From assembly GCA_963666485.2 (NCBI GenBank), contig CAXXUO010000001.1:544001-608000 (forward strand): a stretch of DNA of 64,000 nt, read 5' to 3'. Under the pieces are notes generated by a model. That model was given only the letters and a program-made list of their open reading frames with translations, was not told the origin of the DNA and searched no databases. The first letter of the stretch is position 1. Each line of letters starts with the position of its first letter. The DNA is from Syntrophorhabdaceae bacterium (lineage in GTDB: Bacteria > Desulfobacterota > Syntrophorhabdia > Syntrophorhabdales > Syntrophorhabdaceae). Shown one piece after another: positions 55,819-64,000 of the stretch. The position numbers and the translations under genes were made by a program.

Positions 55819-57140
55819 AGCTTCGCGAGCCCCTCTTCGATCCTGCCCGTGGTGAGCAGTTTGAGCCATACCGGCTTGTCCTGTCCGCTGTCAAGGGCCG
55901 GTACATTTGAGAGTTCCGGGTCAGTGATGACAATGACAACGGGCCGCAATCCAAGCACGTGCAGGTTGTGGATAAAGTCGCTCCTGTCATCATCCCACGC
56001 GAGTAAAACACAAACGCAGCCGCTGATGACGGGGCGCCTCGAGACCACGTGCTGGCGAAGCACCGAAAAAGCCTTATCGTAGCAGGGCCTCACACAGGCA
56101 AGTACCTCGAGGAAGCGATCGATCTGCCCCTGGCCCCGCCCGATCGTCTCGCAAAAAGCTTCGGTGCCGACAAACATCAGGTCGAGCAGGGACTCCTGGG
56201 TCTGCACGGTACAGGCAAACGATGCGGCCACTGAGATCGCCTCTTCAAAGATCTCGCCGGAAACGCCTTCCATGAACGTGTCCAGTATCAGGGCGTGCCG
56301 GACGAAGAACTCGTCCTGGTATTCCTTGATGATCGGCTTGCCGGTCTTTGCCCAGCTCTTCCAGTGGATCTTGCGCGGCGGGTCGCCGGGCCTGTATTCC
56401 CTGAGCGACTGGAACTCTTCCGAGTCGGCTACCGACGTGGAGAGCGCAACGCCGCCCTGCTGGTATGCACGGTTGCCGGAAAGCTTGATGTCGGGCAGGA
56501 CGTAGCGTTTCGGAAGGATGAGGACATGCTGCTTCACGGTCACGGTGGCGTACGCATTGATGAGGCCAAAAAGGTCGGCCCTGCCCACCGAGAACGACTC
56601 AAACTCGATGCGCCCCCTCCTTAAGGGCACGAACCCGGCGCTGACCTCGATCTCGCTTTTTGGCATGAGCGCAGGCATCGGCTGCCTCACGGCTTCGGCC
56701 AGCTGATTCATGGCAATGAGCTGTCTCCAGCGCTGGTATTCCGATTTGAGGCCCAATTTCGCCTTGCTGTAATCCGCGAAAGATGGCCGGGGGTCCGGCA
56801 GGTTCTCGAGCAGGAACAACCCCTGCACCTGTTTATCGCCTGAATTGGTGATCCTGATCCTGTACGACAGCGTCTGTCCGGCGGAACCGAAGCGGGGCAG
56901 AACCCTTACGGCACTGAGGTTCACGCGAAAAAAAACGTTCCAGGCAAGGCCAACGGCAACGAGCGCCACAAGGCACGTGAAGGCCTGGTAGGCCGTGGTC
57001 TTCGTCGTATCCAGGCCGAACAGCGCAGACGCCACGATCCCGGCCAGCACGAACCGTCCCACGGGCGTGAACCGCCTCGTCACGCGGTACCTGAACCCGG
57101 AAAATGCCCGGAACCAGATGTACACCAGCCGCTTCATCAT
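55815..57140 (-). CDS. DUF58 domain protein
   Basis: EFQSLREYRPGDPPRKIHWKSWAKTG...KEYQDE; start MMKRLV. Confidence 0.88.
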   Translation of the reverse strand: MMKRLVYIWFRAFSGFRYRVTRRFTPVGRFVLAGIVASALFGLDTTKTTAYQAFTCLVALVAVGLAWNVFFRVNLSAVRVLPRFGSAGQTLSYRIRITNSGDKQVQGLFLLENLPDPRPSFADYSKAKLGLKSEYQRWRQLIAMNQLAEAVRQPMPALMPKSEIEVSAGFVPLRRGRIEFESFSVGRADLFGLINAYATVTVKQHVLILPKRYVLPDIKLSGNRAYQQGGVALSTSVADSEEFQSLREYRPGDPPRKIHWKSWAKTGKPIIKEYQDEFFVRHALILDTFMEGVSGEIFEEAISVAASFACTVQTQESLLDLMFVGTEAFCETIGRGQGQIDRFLEVLACVRPCYDKAFSVLRQHVVSRRPVISGCVCVLLAWDDDRSDFIHNLHVLGLRPVVIVITDPELSNVPALDSGQDKPVWLKLLTTGRIEEGLAKL

Positions 57141-57145
57141 CCACC

Positions 57146-58096
57146 TTATGCGGGTACGGGGATCTTCTTCATGATATCGCCGAGGATCGATTCCGCCGTG
57201 ACGCCCGAAAAACGTGCCTGCGGGTCTATGACCGTCCGATGCGCAATAACATGCGCGGCGATCTCCTGAATATGCTCGGGGACCACAAAACCCCCGCCAT
57301 TCAAAAGCGCGACGGCCTGTGCGGCTTTTATGAGGGCGAGGGATGCCCGCGGACTTGCCCCGAGCTGGATGCCGGGCGCATTCCGCGTTGCGCCGACGAT
57401 ATCCACGATGTAGCGCTTCAGTTCGTCGCTTATCCGCACCTTTTTCACGTTGTGCCTGAGGTCGAGAACGTCGTCCACGGATACGCACGCAGAAATATCT
57501 TCGATAGGGTGCTTCGTCTCCTGCGACGTCAGCATGGCGACCTCCTGTTCGGGGGCCACGTACCCGAGGCTGAATTTCAGTGCAAAACGGTCCATCTGTG
57601 CCTCCGGCAGCGGGTAGGTGCCGCGGAATTCCACCGGGTTTTGCGTGGCAATGACAAAGAATATGTCATCGAACCTGTGCGTCGTACCCTCGATGCTCAC
57701 CTGGTTTTCAGCCATAGCCTCGAGCAGTGCCGATTGCGTCCTCGGTGACGCCCGGTTTATTTCGTCGGATAAGAGGATATTCGTGAATATGGGCCCTTTG
57801 TGAAAAAAGAACGACTGGTTGCCCTGGTCAAAAACGGAGACGCCCAGAATGTCGGAGGGCAGGAGGTCAGGCGTGAATTGTATGCGGCTGAACTTGACAT
57901 TGATCGAGAGGGCAAGCGCCTTTGCCAGTGTCGTTTTGCCCGTGCCGGGAAAATCCTCGAGAAGGACGTGGCCCCCGCTCGCAAAGGCGACGAGGAGCTT
58001 GCGGATCGCTGAGGACTGGCCTTTCATCACCCTTTCTATGTTCTCTGTGATCTTCTTCATGGTCTCGCTCGAAGACTGAATTAATTCTTCCGTCAT
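57146..58096 (-). CDS. moxR: MoxR family AAA+ ATPase
   Basis: HVLLEDFPGTGKT, RIQFTPDLLPSD, DEINRASPRTQSALLEAM, ATQNP...PLPEAQMDRF. Confidence 0.94.
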   Translation of the reverse strand: MTEELIQSSSETMKKITENIERVMKGQSSAIRKLLVAFASGGHVLLEDFPGTGKTTLAKALALSINVKFSRIQFTPDLLPSDILGVSVFDQGNQSFFFHKGPIFTNILLSDEINRASPRTQSALLEAMAENQVSIEGTTHRFDDIFFVIATQNPVEFRGTYPLPEAQMDRFALKFSLGYVAPEQEVAMLTSQETKHPIEDISACVSVDDVLDLRHNVKKVRISDELKRYIVDIVGATRNAPGIQLGASPRASLALIKAAQAVALLNGGGFVVPEHIQEIAAHVIAHRTVIDPQARFSGVTAESILGDIMKKIPVPA

Positions 58097-58396
58097 ATGC
58101 ACCCCCAGAAGGTAACGAAATATAGATGCCTGAATTGGTCCGGTTGTAATTTTTCACATTCTCTCAAATGTCCGGAGTTAATACAATAGAAAGTCTGGAA
58201 TGCGAAACGGATAGACATATGAGACAGCAAACCGGAGATTTTGCATTTCACCAATTGACAGAACGCGAAAGGAGTGCTATGGCAATCCTATGGGTTTCTC
58301 GCGTACGGGGTTTGGCAGCCCCATACGCTCCCACAGGGTGATCGGGGGCTTTGTTTACAAGGGCCCCGGCAAGGTGCACAACAGGGAGGGGTTTTT

Positions 58397-59212
58397 ATGG
58401 AAGTGAAAGAATTCGGGGAATTTAAGGGTTATACACCGGTCGGGCCCGGCAGGCTTCTCGAAGCGAAAAAGGGGCTGATCCTCGGAATTGCCAACAACGA
58501 CAGCATCGCCTATGGTTGCGCACGGATGTTCAGTAAGCTCGGAGCTGACCTCGCCGTTACGTACCTGAACGAAAAAACGGAAAAATATGTCAGGCCTCTC
58601 GCGGAAAAAATGGGCTGTTCCATTATCACGAAGTGCGACGTGATGAACCCCGGGGAGCTCGAAGCCACCTATCAGGAAATCGAGAGCAGGTGGGGTAAAC
58701 TGGATTTTGTCCTCCACTCGATCGCATTTGCCCCCAGGGACGACCTGCAGGGGCGCGTCACAGACTGCTCGAAAGAGGGGTTCGTGCTGGCCATGGACGT
58801 TTCCTGCCATTCCCTCATCAGGGCGACCAAACTGGCAGAACCTTTGATGAAGGCCGGAGGGTCCATTCTGACAGTGTCATTCTATGGTTCGGAAAAGGTG
58901 GTCGCGAACTACAACATGATGGGCCCCGTCAAGGCGGCGCTTGAAAGCACGGTCCGATACCTGGCGATGGAATTGGGCCCTCAGATGATACGGGTGAACA
59001 GCCTGTCTCCCGGCCCCATCAAGACCCGTGCGGCGTCGGGCCTCAACCAGTTTGATGACCTCATACTGAAAGCCGCTTCGCTCGCGCCGGAGCACCACAT
59101 TGTATCCATCGGGGACGTCGGGACATTCGCCTCGTTCCTCGTCAGCGACTACTCAAGGAGCATAACGGGCGGCGTCCATTATATCGACGGCGGCTATCAC
59201 ATCGTGGGGTAG
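58397..59212 (+). CDS. fabI: Enoyl-ACP reductase FabI
   Basis: GIANNDSIAYG, LHSIAFAP, YNMMGPVKAALE, SPGPIKTRAASG; GGGAGG SD. Confidence 0.92.
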   Translation: MEVKEFGEFKGYTPVGPGRLLEAKKGLILGIANNDSIAYGCARMFSKLGADLAVTYLNEKTEKYVRPLAEKMGCSIITKCDVMNPGELEATYQEIESRWGKLDFVLHSIAFAPRDDLQGRVTDCSKEGFVLAMDVSCHSLIRATKLAEPLMKAGGSILTVSFYGSEKVVANYNMMGPVKAALESTVRYLAMELGPQMIRVNSLSPGPIKTRAASGLNQFDDLILKAASLAPEHHIVSIGDVGTFASFLVSDYSRSITGGVHYIDGGYHIVG

Positions 59213-59236
59213 GCTAAAGAGGGTTTATGGTTCACC

Positions 59237-59926
59237 TTAGGGGAGGGATGCCGGGTTGAGCATTATCCTCCCGTCGGCCACCACGCACCGTGATGAACTG
59301 CACATAACCGGGTTAAGGTCGATCGACGCGACCATAGCGCCCAGGTCCATGACGAGGGTGGAGAAATTCATCAAAAGGACGGACAGCTTTTCCATGTCCA
59401 CCGGATCGGCGCCCCTGTACCCTTCCAGAAGCTGGTGTGCCTTGAGGCAGCTCACCATTGACATGACGTCCTCTTTCCTGACAGGCATCATTCTCAAGGC
59501 AACGTCCTTGTAAATTTCGACGGCCGTTCCGCCGGCGCCGACGAGGAGGACCGGCCCGAATTGATGGTCTATCTTCGCCCCGACGATGATCTCCGTTCCG
59601 TTGAGCGGCTCTTCGACGAGCATCCCGGCGAAACCGTCGATCTTCCGGAACCTCTCGAAAGTTTTTACCAGTCCCTCATCGTCCCTTATCCCCACCACGA
59701 CGCCGCCGATATCCGACTTGTGAATGACCTTCGGTGACACGATCTTTCCGACGACGGGGTATCCGATGGAACGGGCGAACCCGACCGCTTCGTCCGTGTC
59801 CCGCGCCCAGGTAAAACGAGTGACCTCGACGCCTGCCAGGGAAAGAAGCTCTTTGACCTGCGGCTCCATGAGCCAGCCCGCAGCCCTCGCCTCCGAAAGG
59901 ATCGATCTCATTGTATCTGTCAGCAT
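59237..59926 (-). CDS. Acyl/acetate-CoA ligase (ADP-forming) beta subunit, ATP-grasp
   Basis: GYPVVGKIVSPKVIHKSDIGGV, EIIVG...FGPVLLVG.GG, DLNPV. Confidence 0.88.
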   Translation of the reverse strand: MLTDTMRSILSEARAAGWLMEPQVKELLSLAGVEVTRFTWARDTDEAVGFARSIGYPVVGKIVSPKVIHKSDIGGVVVGIRDDEGLVKTFERFRKIDGFAGMLVEEPLNGTEIIVGAKIDHQFGPVLLVGAGGTAVEIYKDVALRMMPVRKEDVMSMVSCLKAHQLLEGYRGADPVDMEKLSVLLMNFSTLVMDLGAMVASIDLNPVMCSSSRCVVADGRIMLNPASLP

Positions 59927-61290
59927 GTCTTGTATCTCCTTAGCGCCTCGGCCATGAAAACCGTGCCCTCGATCGTATCGGAAACGGGCACGCCGTTCAG
60001 TTCGAACCCCTCGATCAGCATGCCGTATTTTTCAACGTGGGGGACATAGGCAAGAAGGGGTTTGCCCTCCTGCCTGTAGACCTGGCTCAACCGCGCGCCA
60101 AGGTCCATGGATATGCCCGGTGCGTAGGGAAGAAGAAGGATGATGATGGAATCATATTCGGGCCTCCTGCTCAGGTACCGCACCGTCTCCACGACGTCGT
60201 CGTCAATAACGCTTCCCGTCAGGTCGACGGGGTTCTTGAGGGACGCAATATCCCGGACGCCGGCCGACAGCTTTGTCTTCAACTCATCCTGCGCCTCTTT
60301 CACGAGGCCCGGCACCGAAAGGTCCACAACCGAACAGACATCCACTGCGAGCACGCCATGTCCTCCGCTGCCCGTCACTATGGCAACATTCTTTCCGGCG
60401 GATCTCGGATAACAGCCGAGGGCCTCGCAATAGTACACCATGTGGAGGTGGCTCCTGGCTTCCACGATGCCAAACTGGGTAAGGACGGACGAGAAGGTCT
60501 CGTAATCGCCTGCAAGGGAGGCCGTATGGCTTGAAATAGCCTTGCCTGCCTCGGGGCTCTTGCCGGATTTCAGAACGATCACGGGCTTCTGACATTCTTG
60601 CGCGGCCGTCACGAACTCCCTGCCCTCATTCTCCCCAAACCCCTCCAGGTAAAAAGCAATGACCCCGGTCTCGGGATCGTTGGCAAAGAACCGCAGGAGC
60701 TCGGTCTCCCGGATAACAGCCTTGTTCCCGATGCTGATGGCCCTGGCGAGACCCACATGCTCCTGGGAGAATTTTATCATCTGGTCGACGAGGATCCCGC
60801 CGCTCTGGCTGATGAACGTTATATTCCCCGGGCCCGGCTTCACGATCCGTTCGTTTGCGAGGAAAAACGTGTCCACAAAGGAGGGGCAGTAGATACCGAG
60901 GCAATTGGGACCGATGAACGGGAAGTTGGCATCCGCGGCTATGTGCGTTATCCTGTCCTGGAGGTCGTTTCGGCCTGCCTCCGAAAACCCCCCGGAGATT
61001 ATCACGGCCCCCTTCACTTTCTTTTCAATGCACTTCGTCAGCATGTCCGGCACGCGTTCCGCGCGGACAGCGATAACGGCAAGGTCTATATCCGCGGGCA
61101 CCTCGGCGATGTCCGGGTAGATCGGCTCCCCCTGAAAAATCCCGCCGCCGTGAGGATTGACGGGAAAGACCCGGACAGGATAGTTGAGGTGGTTCTTGTT
61201 GTATATTATGTTTGCAGGGTGCCGGTCATCTGCGGAAGATACTCCGATAACTGCCATGGTCTGCGGCTTGAACAAAGGTAAAAGGTCCAT
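59920..61290 (-). CDS. Acyl/acetate-CoA ligase (ADP-forming) alpha subunit, CoA-binding
   Basis: AVIGVS, IISGGFSE, IGPNCLG, SQSGG, KSGKS...SHTASLAG (phospho-His), NPVDLTG. Confidence 0.88.
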   Translation of the reverse strand: MDLLPLFKPQTMAVIGVSSADDRHPANIIYNKNHLNYPVRVFPVNPHGGGIFQGEPIYPDIAEVPADIDLAVIAVRAERVPDMLTKCIEKKVKGAVIISGGFSEAGRNDLQDRITHIAADANFPFIGPNCLGIYCPSFVDTFFLANERIVKPGPGNITFISQSGGILVDQMIKFSQEHVGLARAISIGNKAVIRETELLRFFANDPETGVIAFYLEGFGENEGREFVTAAQECQKPVIVLKSGKSPEAGKAISSHTASLAGDYETFSSVLTQFGIVEARSHLHMVYYCEALGCYPRSAGKNVAIVTGSGGHGVLAVDVCSVVDLSVPGLVKEAQDELKTKLSAGVRDIASLKNPVDLTGSVIDDDVVETVRYLSRRPEYDSIIILLLPYAPGISMDLGARLSQVYRQEGKPLLAYVPHVEKYGMLIEGFELNGVPVSDTIEGTVFMAEALRRYKTC

Positions 61291-61354
61291 GCATCCCTCC
61301 CCTTGAATGGCTTCTCATATTCTGTCAGCGTATGCGGATTCTTGTCAATAAAAA

Positions 61355-61452
61355 CGGTTCAAGGTTCAAGGTTGAAAGTTGAAAAGCCACCTTATAATTC
61401 GGGGAATCTTTTCGCGTACAACCTTGAACTTTGAACCTTGAACTTTGAACCG
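61355..61452. repeat. Inverted arrays of heptamer tandem repeats
   Basis: CG-GTTCAAG-GTTCAAG-GTTGAAA-GTTGAAA ... CTTGAAC-TTTGAAC-CTTGAAC-TTTGAAC-CG, separated by about 35 nt. Confidence 0.8.
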
Positions 61453-61464
61453 CTAAAAAGGATT

Positions 61465-61875
61465 TTATGACATGATTCGCCGAACCAAATCGCCTATGTT
61501 CCACACGAGCTGCCCCACCCCCTTATTTACATACAGCCCGATCTGCGCGATCAGGGAATAGGCGATACCGAACTGCGCAAGCGCATAAAGCGCGATGGTG
61601 AATTGGCCCAGGCTGAAGACGCCCAGGCCGAACTGTGAAATATTGACGATGCCGATCCCGAACTGCCCGATCGAGATTATCCCTTTGGCGGGCACGGGCC
61701 ATGGCCGGTATTTGAACGAGATGTGCACGAGGGGCAGCCCCATGACGGTCGCATCGCTCTTGTACTCAAACCCCCAGCCGTCCCATATTTCCCGGGCAGG
61801 ATAAAGGGCGCCGCAATTGGGGCAGGCAAAGGCCTGTTCACTCACCTCGTGCTGACACTCTCTGCATCTGTTCAT
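61465..61875 (-). CDS. Zinc-ribbon protein with Gly-rich hydrophobic decapeptide repeats
   Basis: CRECQ...CPNCG; FEYKS...GLPLVHI; repeated xxQFxxG/A. Confidence 0.75.
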   Translation of the reverse strand: MNRCRECQHEVSEQAFACPNCGALYPAREIWDGWGFEYKSDATVMGLPLVHISFKYRPWPVPAKGIISIGQFGIGIVNISQFGLGVFSLGQFTIALYALAQFGIAYSLIAQIGLYVNKGVGQLVWNIGDLVRRIMS

Positions 61876-61901
61876 GTGTACTGTCCCGCCACCTGGAACT
61901 A

Positions 61902-62630
61902 TCATTTTGGTTTAAAGATGACCAGTTTAAATTTAAGGCCGTGCTCGCCTGCAATGGTCTTTATCGCCTCGCGCAGCTTACCGTATTCGAAGCCATACTT
62001 GCCGCCGAACAAAAGGTCCCTGTGCACCGTTTTTGTCACCTCCAGCCCTTTTTGAACGGTCTTTTCACTGAAGAACCCGCTCGACGAACCCGAGGAGGTT
62101 TCCACCATCTTTTCCCAGAAGGTCAACTGCTTTTTGTCTGCCTCCAGCTGAGCTATGGCGTCGTACTGCACCCTGGCTTTCTGTATGGGTGACTGTGCCC
62201 CCGTTTGCGACGAAAATTCAAAACGTCCCGGCTGCACCTCTTTCACGGAAAGAAATTCGCTGGCCAATCCAAGGAATTCCCGGCCGATAGATGGTCTCTC
62301 CGGCGTGACCGGGGATACGTTTTGCGATAAAGGCTTTCCGCAATTCGCACAAAAGACTGCCGCAGGCGGCAGTTTGGACCCGCAGGCAGAGCATGTTTTT
62401 TCACTCTCGCCTTCTGTCTGCGTCTTCTGGCCCTCAAGGCGCGTTCCGCAATTCGTGCAGAAAACTGCATCGGAAGAAAATTCTTTTCCGCAGGACGGAC
62501 ATCTCAACGTGCCGACCTCCTCCGGGACCTTTTCTTCCTCCAGTTTGGTCCCGCAGTTCGTGCAGAAGATCGCATCAGGCGGGAACTCTTTATCGCACGC
62601 GGGGCATTTCTTGACGCCGTCATCTCTCAT
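61902..62630 (-). CDS. Protein with three zinc-ribbon (double zinc ribbon-type) units
   Basis: Three CxxC-x8/9-FCxNCG units, then a globular C-domain; start MRDDG after GAGAGG. Confidence 0.8.
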   Translation of the reverse strand: MRDDGVKKCPACDKEFPPDAIFCTNCGTKLEEEKVPEEVGTLRCPSCGKEFSSDAVFCTNCGTRLEGQKTQTEGESEKTCSACGSKLPPAAVFCANCGKPLSQNVSPVTPERPSIGREFLGLASEFLSVKEVQPGRFEFSSQTGAQSPIQKARVQYDAIAQLEADKKQLTFWEKMVETSSGSSSGFFSEKTVQKGLEVTKTVHRDLLFGGKYGFEYGKLREAIKTIAGEHGLKFKLVIFKPK

Positions 62631-62873
62631 ATCGTTTCCTCTCTCGCCAGGTTTCATTTCCCGCCGGAAAGCAGGATATTCATTTTATATCAGACGGCTC
62701 TGTTTCGCGTCAATGGAGGATTGGAGGGGATGAGTAGAGGATGGACGATAGGAAGACAACGGGTTACGGCCGGGCGATGGACAATACGCCATGGGAAATA
62801 ATGGCGCCCGCATTGAACAATTATTTTATGAGTGATATCAGAAGCTGCGGGGGACAGGAAACGGTATGATTGC

Positions 62874-63185
62874 CTATTGCCTGGTGCCTTTTTTATTGGG
62901 CTCGATCATCTGCCTGTCACGTTCAATTTGCTCACGCTGCTGCTCAAGCTCGAGCAGTTGCCGCTGGATCTCAAGCTGCTCTTCCTGGATCTTGAGCTGC
63001 TGCCGGCGTATCTCGAGCTGTTGCCGCTGCATCTCTACTTGCTGCTCGATCTGCCGCTGCCTGTACATTTCCCACGACAACGGCCTGTCTCCGCTTTGAT
63101 AAGGATCGACGGGCTGAGCCATGCCCCCTGTAGCGAGCATCACGGCAATAGCTGCGATAAAAAATGCTGGCACCGCTCGAACCAC
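62874..63185 (-). CDS. Exported Gln/Glu-rich coiled-coil protein
   Basis: GTG start after GGGAG; signal peptide; heptad QQLEI repeats. Confidence 0.55.
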   Translation of the reverse strand: MVRAVPAFFIAAIAVMLATGGMAQPVDPYQSGDRPLSWEMYRQRQIEQQVEMQRQQLEIRRQQLKIQEEQLEIQRQLLELEQQREQIERDRQMIEPNKKGTRQ

Positions 63186-63225
63186 GTCATCTCCCTGATG
63201 AACTATATTCGGGGCCCGAAAAATA

Positions 63226-63393
63226 TCAACGTTGATGCCGGTTTTCTTTACCCTTCCCGGGAACGCCCTCGCGCACTGTCGAGGCGGGCAATTTCCGGCT
63301 GCTGTAGAGAACCCGATTACAGCACGTTGCGATATAGCCGTAGCCAAACGGGATGATCTGCACGTCCCTGCCGCACGTCGTGCAGTGCACCAT
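63226..63393 (-). CDS. Small Cys-rich hypothetical protein (55 aa)
   Basis: MVHCTTCGRDVQIIPFGYGYIATCCNRVLY; CxxC...CC. Confidence 0.5.
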   Translation of the reverse strand: MVHCTTCGRDVQIIPFGYGYIATCCNRVLYSSRKLPASTVREGVPGKGKENRHQR

Positions 63394-63670
63394 ATTGTCC
63401 CTATCCTGCGCTTGGCGCCGGGGATAGGACGTCGATGTCTGTCTTGTGTGCCGGCTCATTAAGCGACCTGTACCTATAGTGTAATAGTGCGGTACACTTC
63501 TGTCTGTCGCTCAACAGGCTATTTATTTGTAATATTATTCGACCACAGATTAACTGCTGAAAACCTCACCCCAACACACCCGGCAACCCCCGCTTCCCCT
63601 GAACTGCGAAATCATAGTAACATACAATTTCCGAAATTTCTCGTTGATTTACTATTGGATTATTATGGTG

Positions 63671-64000
63671 CTAATTCCCATACCCGGAAAATTGCGCCTT
63701 CATGGATGCAAGGCGCTGATCGACCAGGACGTTCATCAGCATCGCGATCCGGGGGTTTTGCAGGACCAGCGAATCGAAGTCCTCCTTCTTAAGGACCAGC
63801 ACCTTTGCAGCAGTAACGGCGATGACCGTTGCCGAGCGGGCAGCCCCGGTGAGAAGCGCCATCTCGCCAAAAATATCCCCGGCGCCAAGCCTGGCGATGG
63901 TGAGGTCGATACCGAGCTCGGGCTTCCTTTTCTTTATTTCGATCTCCCCCGAGCGTATTATGAACATGGTACTTCCCCGGGTCCCCTCGCGAAGGATCGT
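63671..64000 (-). CDS. Cyclic-nucleotide-binding domain protein, 5' end outside the window
   Basis: REGTRGSTMFIIRSGEIEI...LGAGDIFGEMALLTGAARSATV. Confidence 0.85.
   Translation of the reverse strand, partial: TILREGTRGSTMFIIRSGEIEIKKRKPELGIDLTIARLGAGDIFGEMALLTGAARSATVIAVTAAKVLVLKKEDFDSLVLQNPRIAMLMNVLVDQRLASMKAQFSGYGN

Noticed and set aside
53845..58096. MoxR-DUF58-transglutaminase cluster as a novel system
   Set aside because: A widespread, already-described gene triad with no unusual feature seen here.
1..64000. CRISPR arrays, tRNA/rRNA genes, IS elements, integrases or prophage
   Set aside because: No spaced direct repeats, cloverleaf or rRNA signatures, or transposase/integrase/phage ORFs were recognised by eye.

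Overview
Bacterial chromosomal window, GC-rich with near-continuous coding. The gene style suggests an anaerobic Desulfobacterota/deltaproteobacterium such as a Syntrophorhabdus-like organism; this is inference and not verified. I found no rRNA, tRNA, CRISPR array or transposase. Main blocks: (1) GIY-YIG nuclease, uup, an RpoD paralogue, a B12 radical SAM enzyme and csp; (2) stress and housekeeping genes; (3) a Mg2+-uptake-like operon (NRAMP-related transporter plus a stand-alone MgtE cytosolic-domain protein) with an unannotated leader peptide in a structured 5' leader and an unannotated 37-aa membrane peptide; (4) a 14-kb minus-strand operon: TpsB (frameshifted in a C6 run), two tandem filamentous-haemagglutinin-like TpsA proteins sharing a near-identical C-terminal tail, an exported TPR-CHAT caspase-like protease, a CHASE2 adenylate cyclase and an exported DUF928 protein. 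This is the best candidate for an uncharacterised proteolytic trans-envelope signalling system; (5) a candidate stand-alone sRNA; (6) an alternative complex III plus cbb3-oxidase operon, with cytochrome bd nearby; (7) a GluR0-like channel with a non-canonical pore, YedE/TusA, MoxR-DUF58-transglutaminase, fabI, a split ADP-forming acyl-CoA synthetase and zinc-ribbon proteins. All calls come from motif reading by eye; no database search was run.
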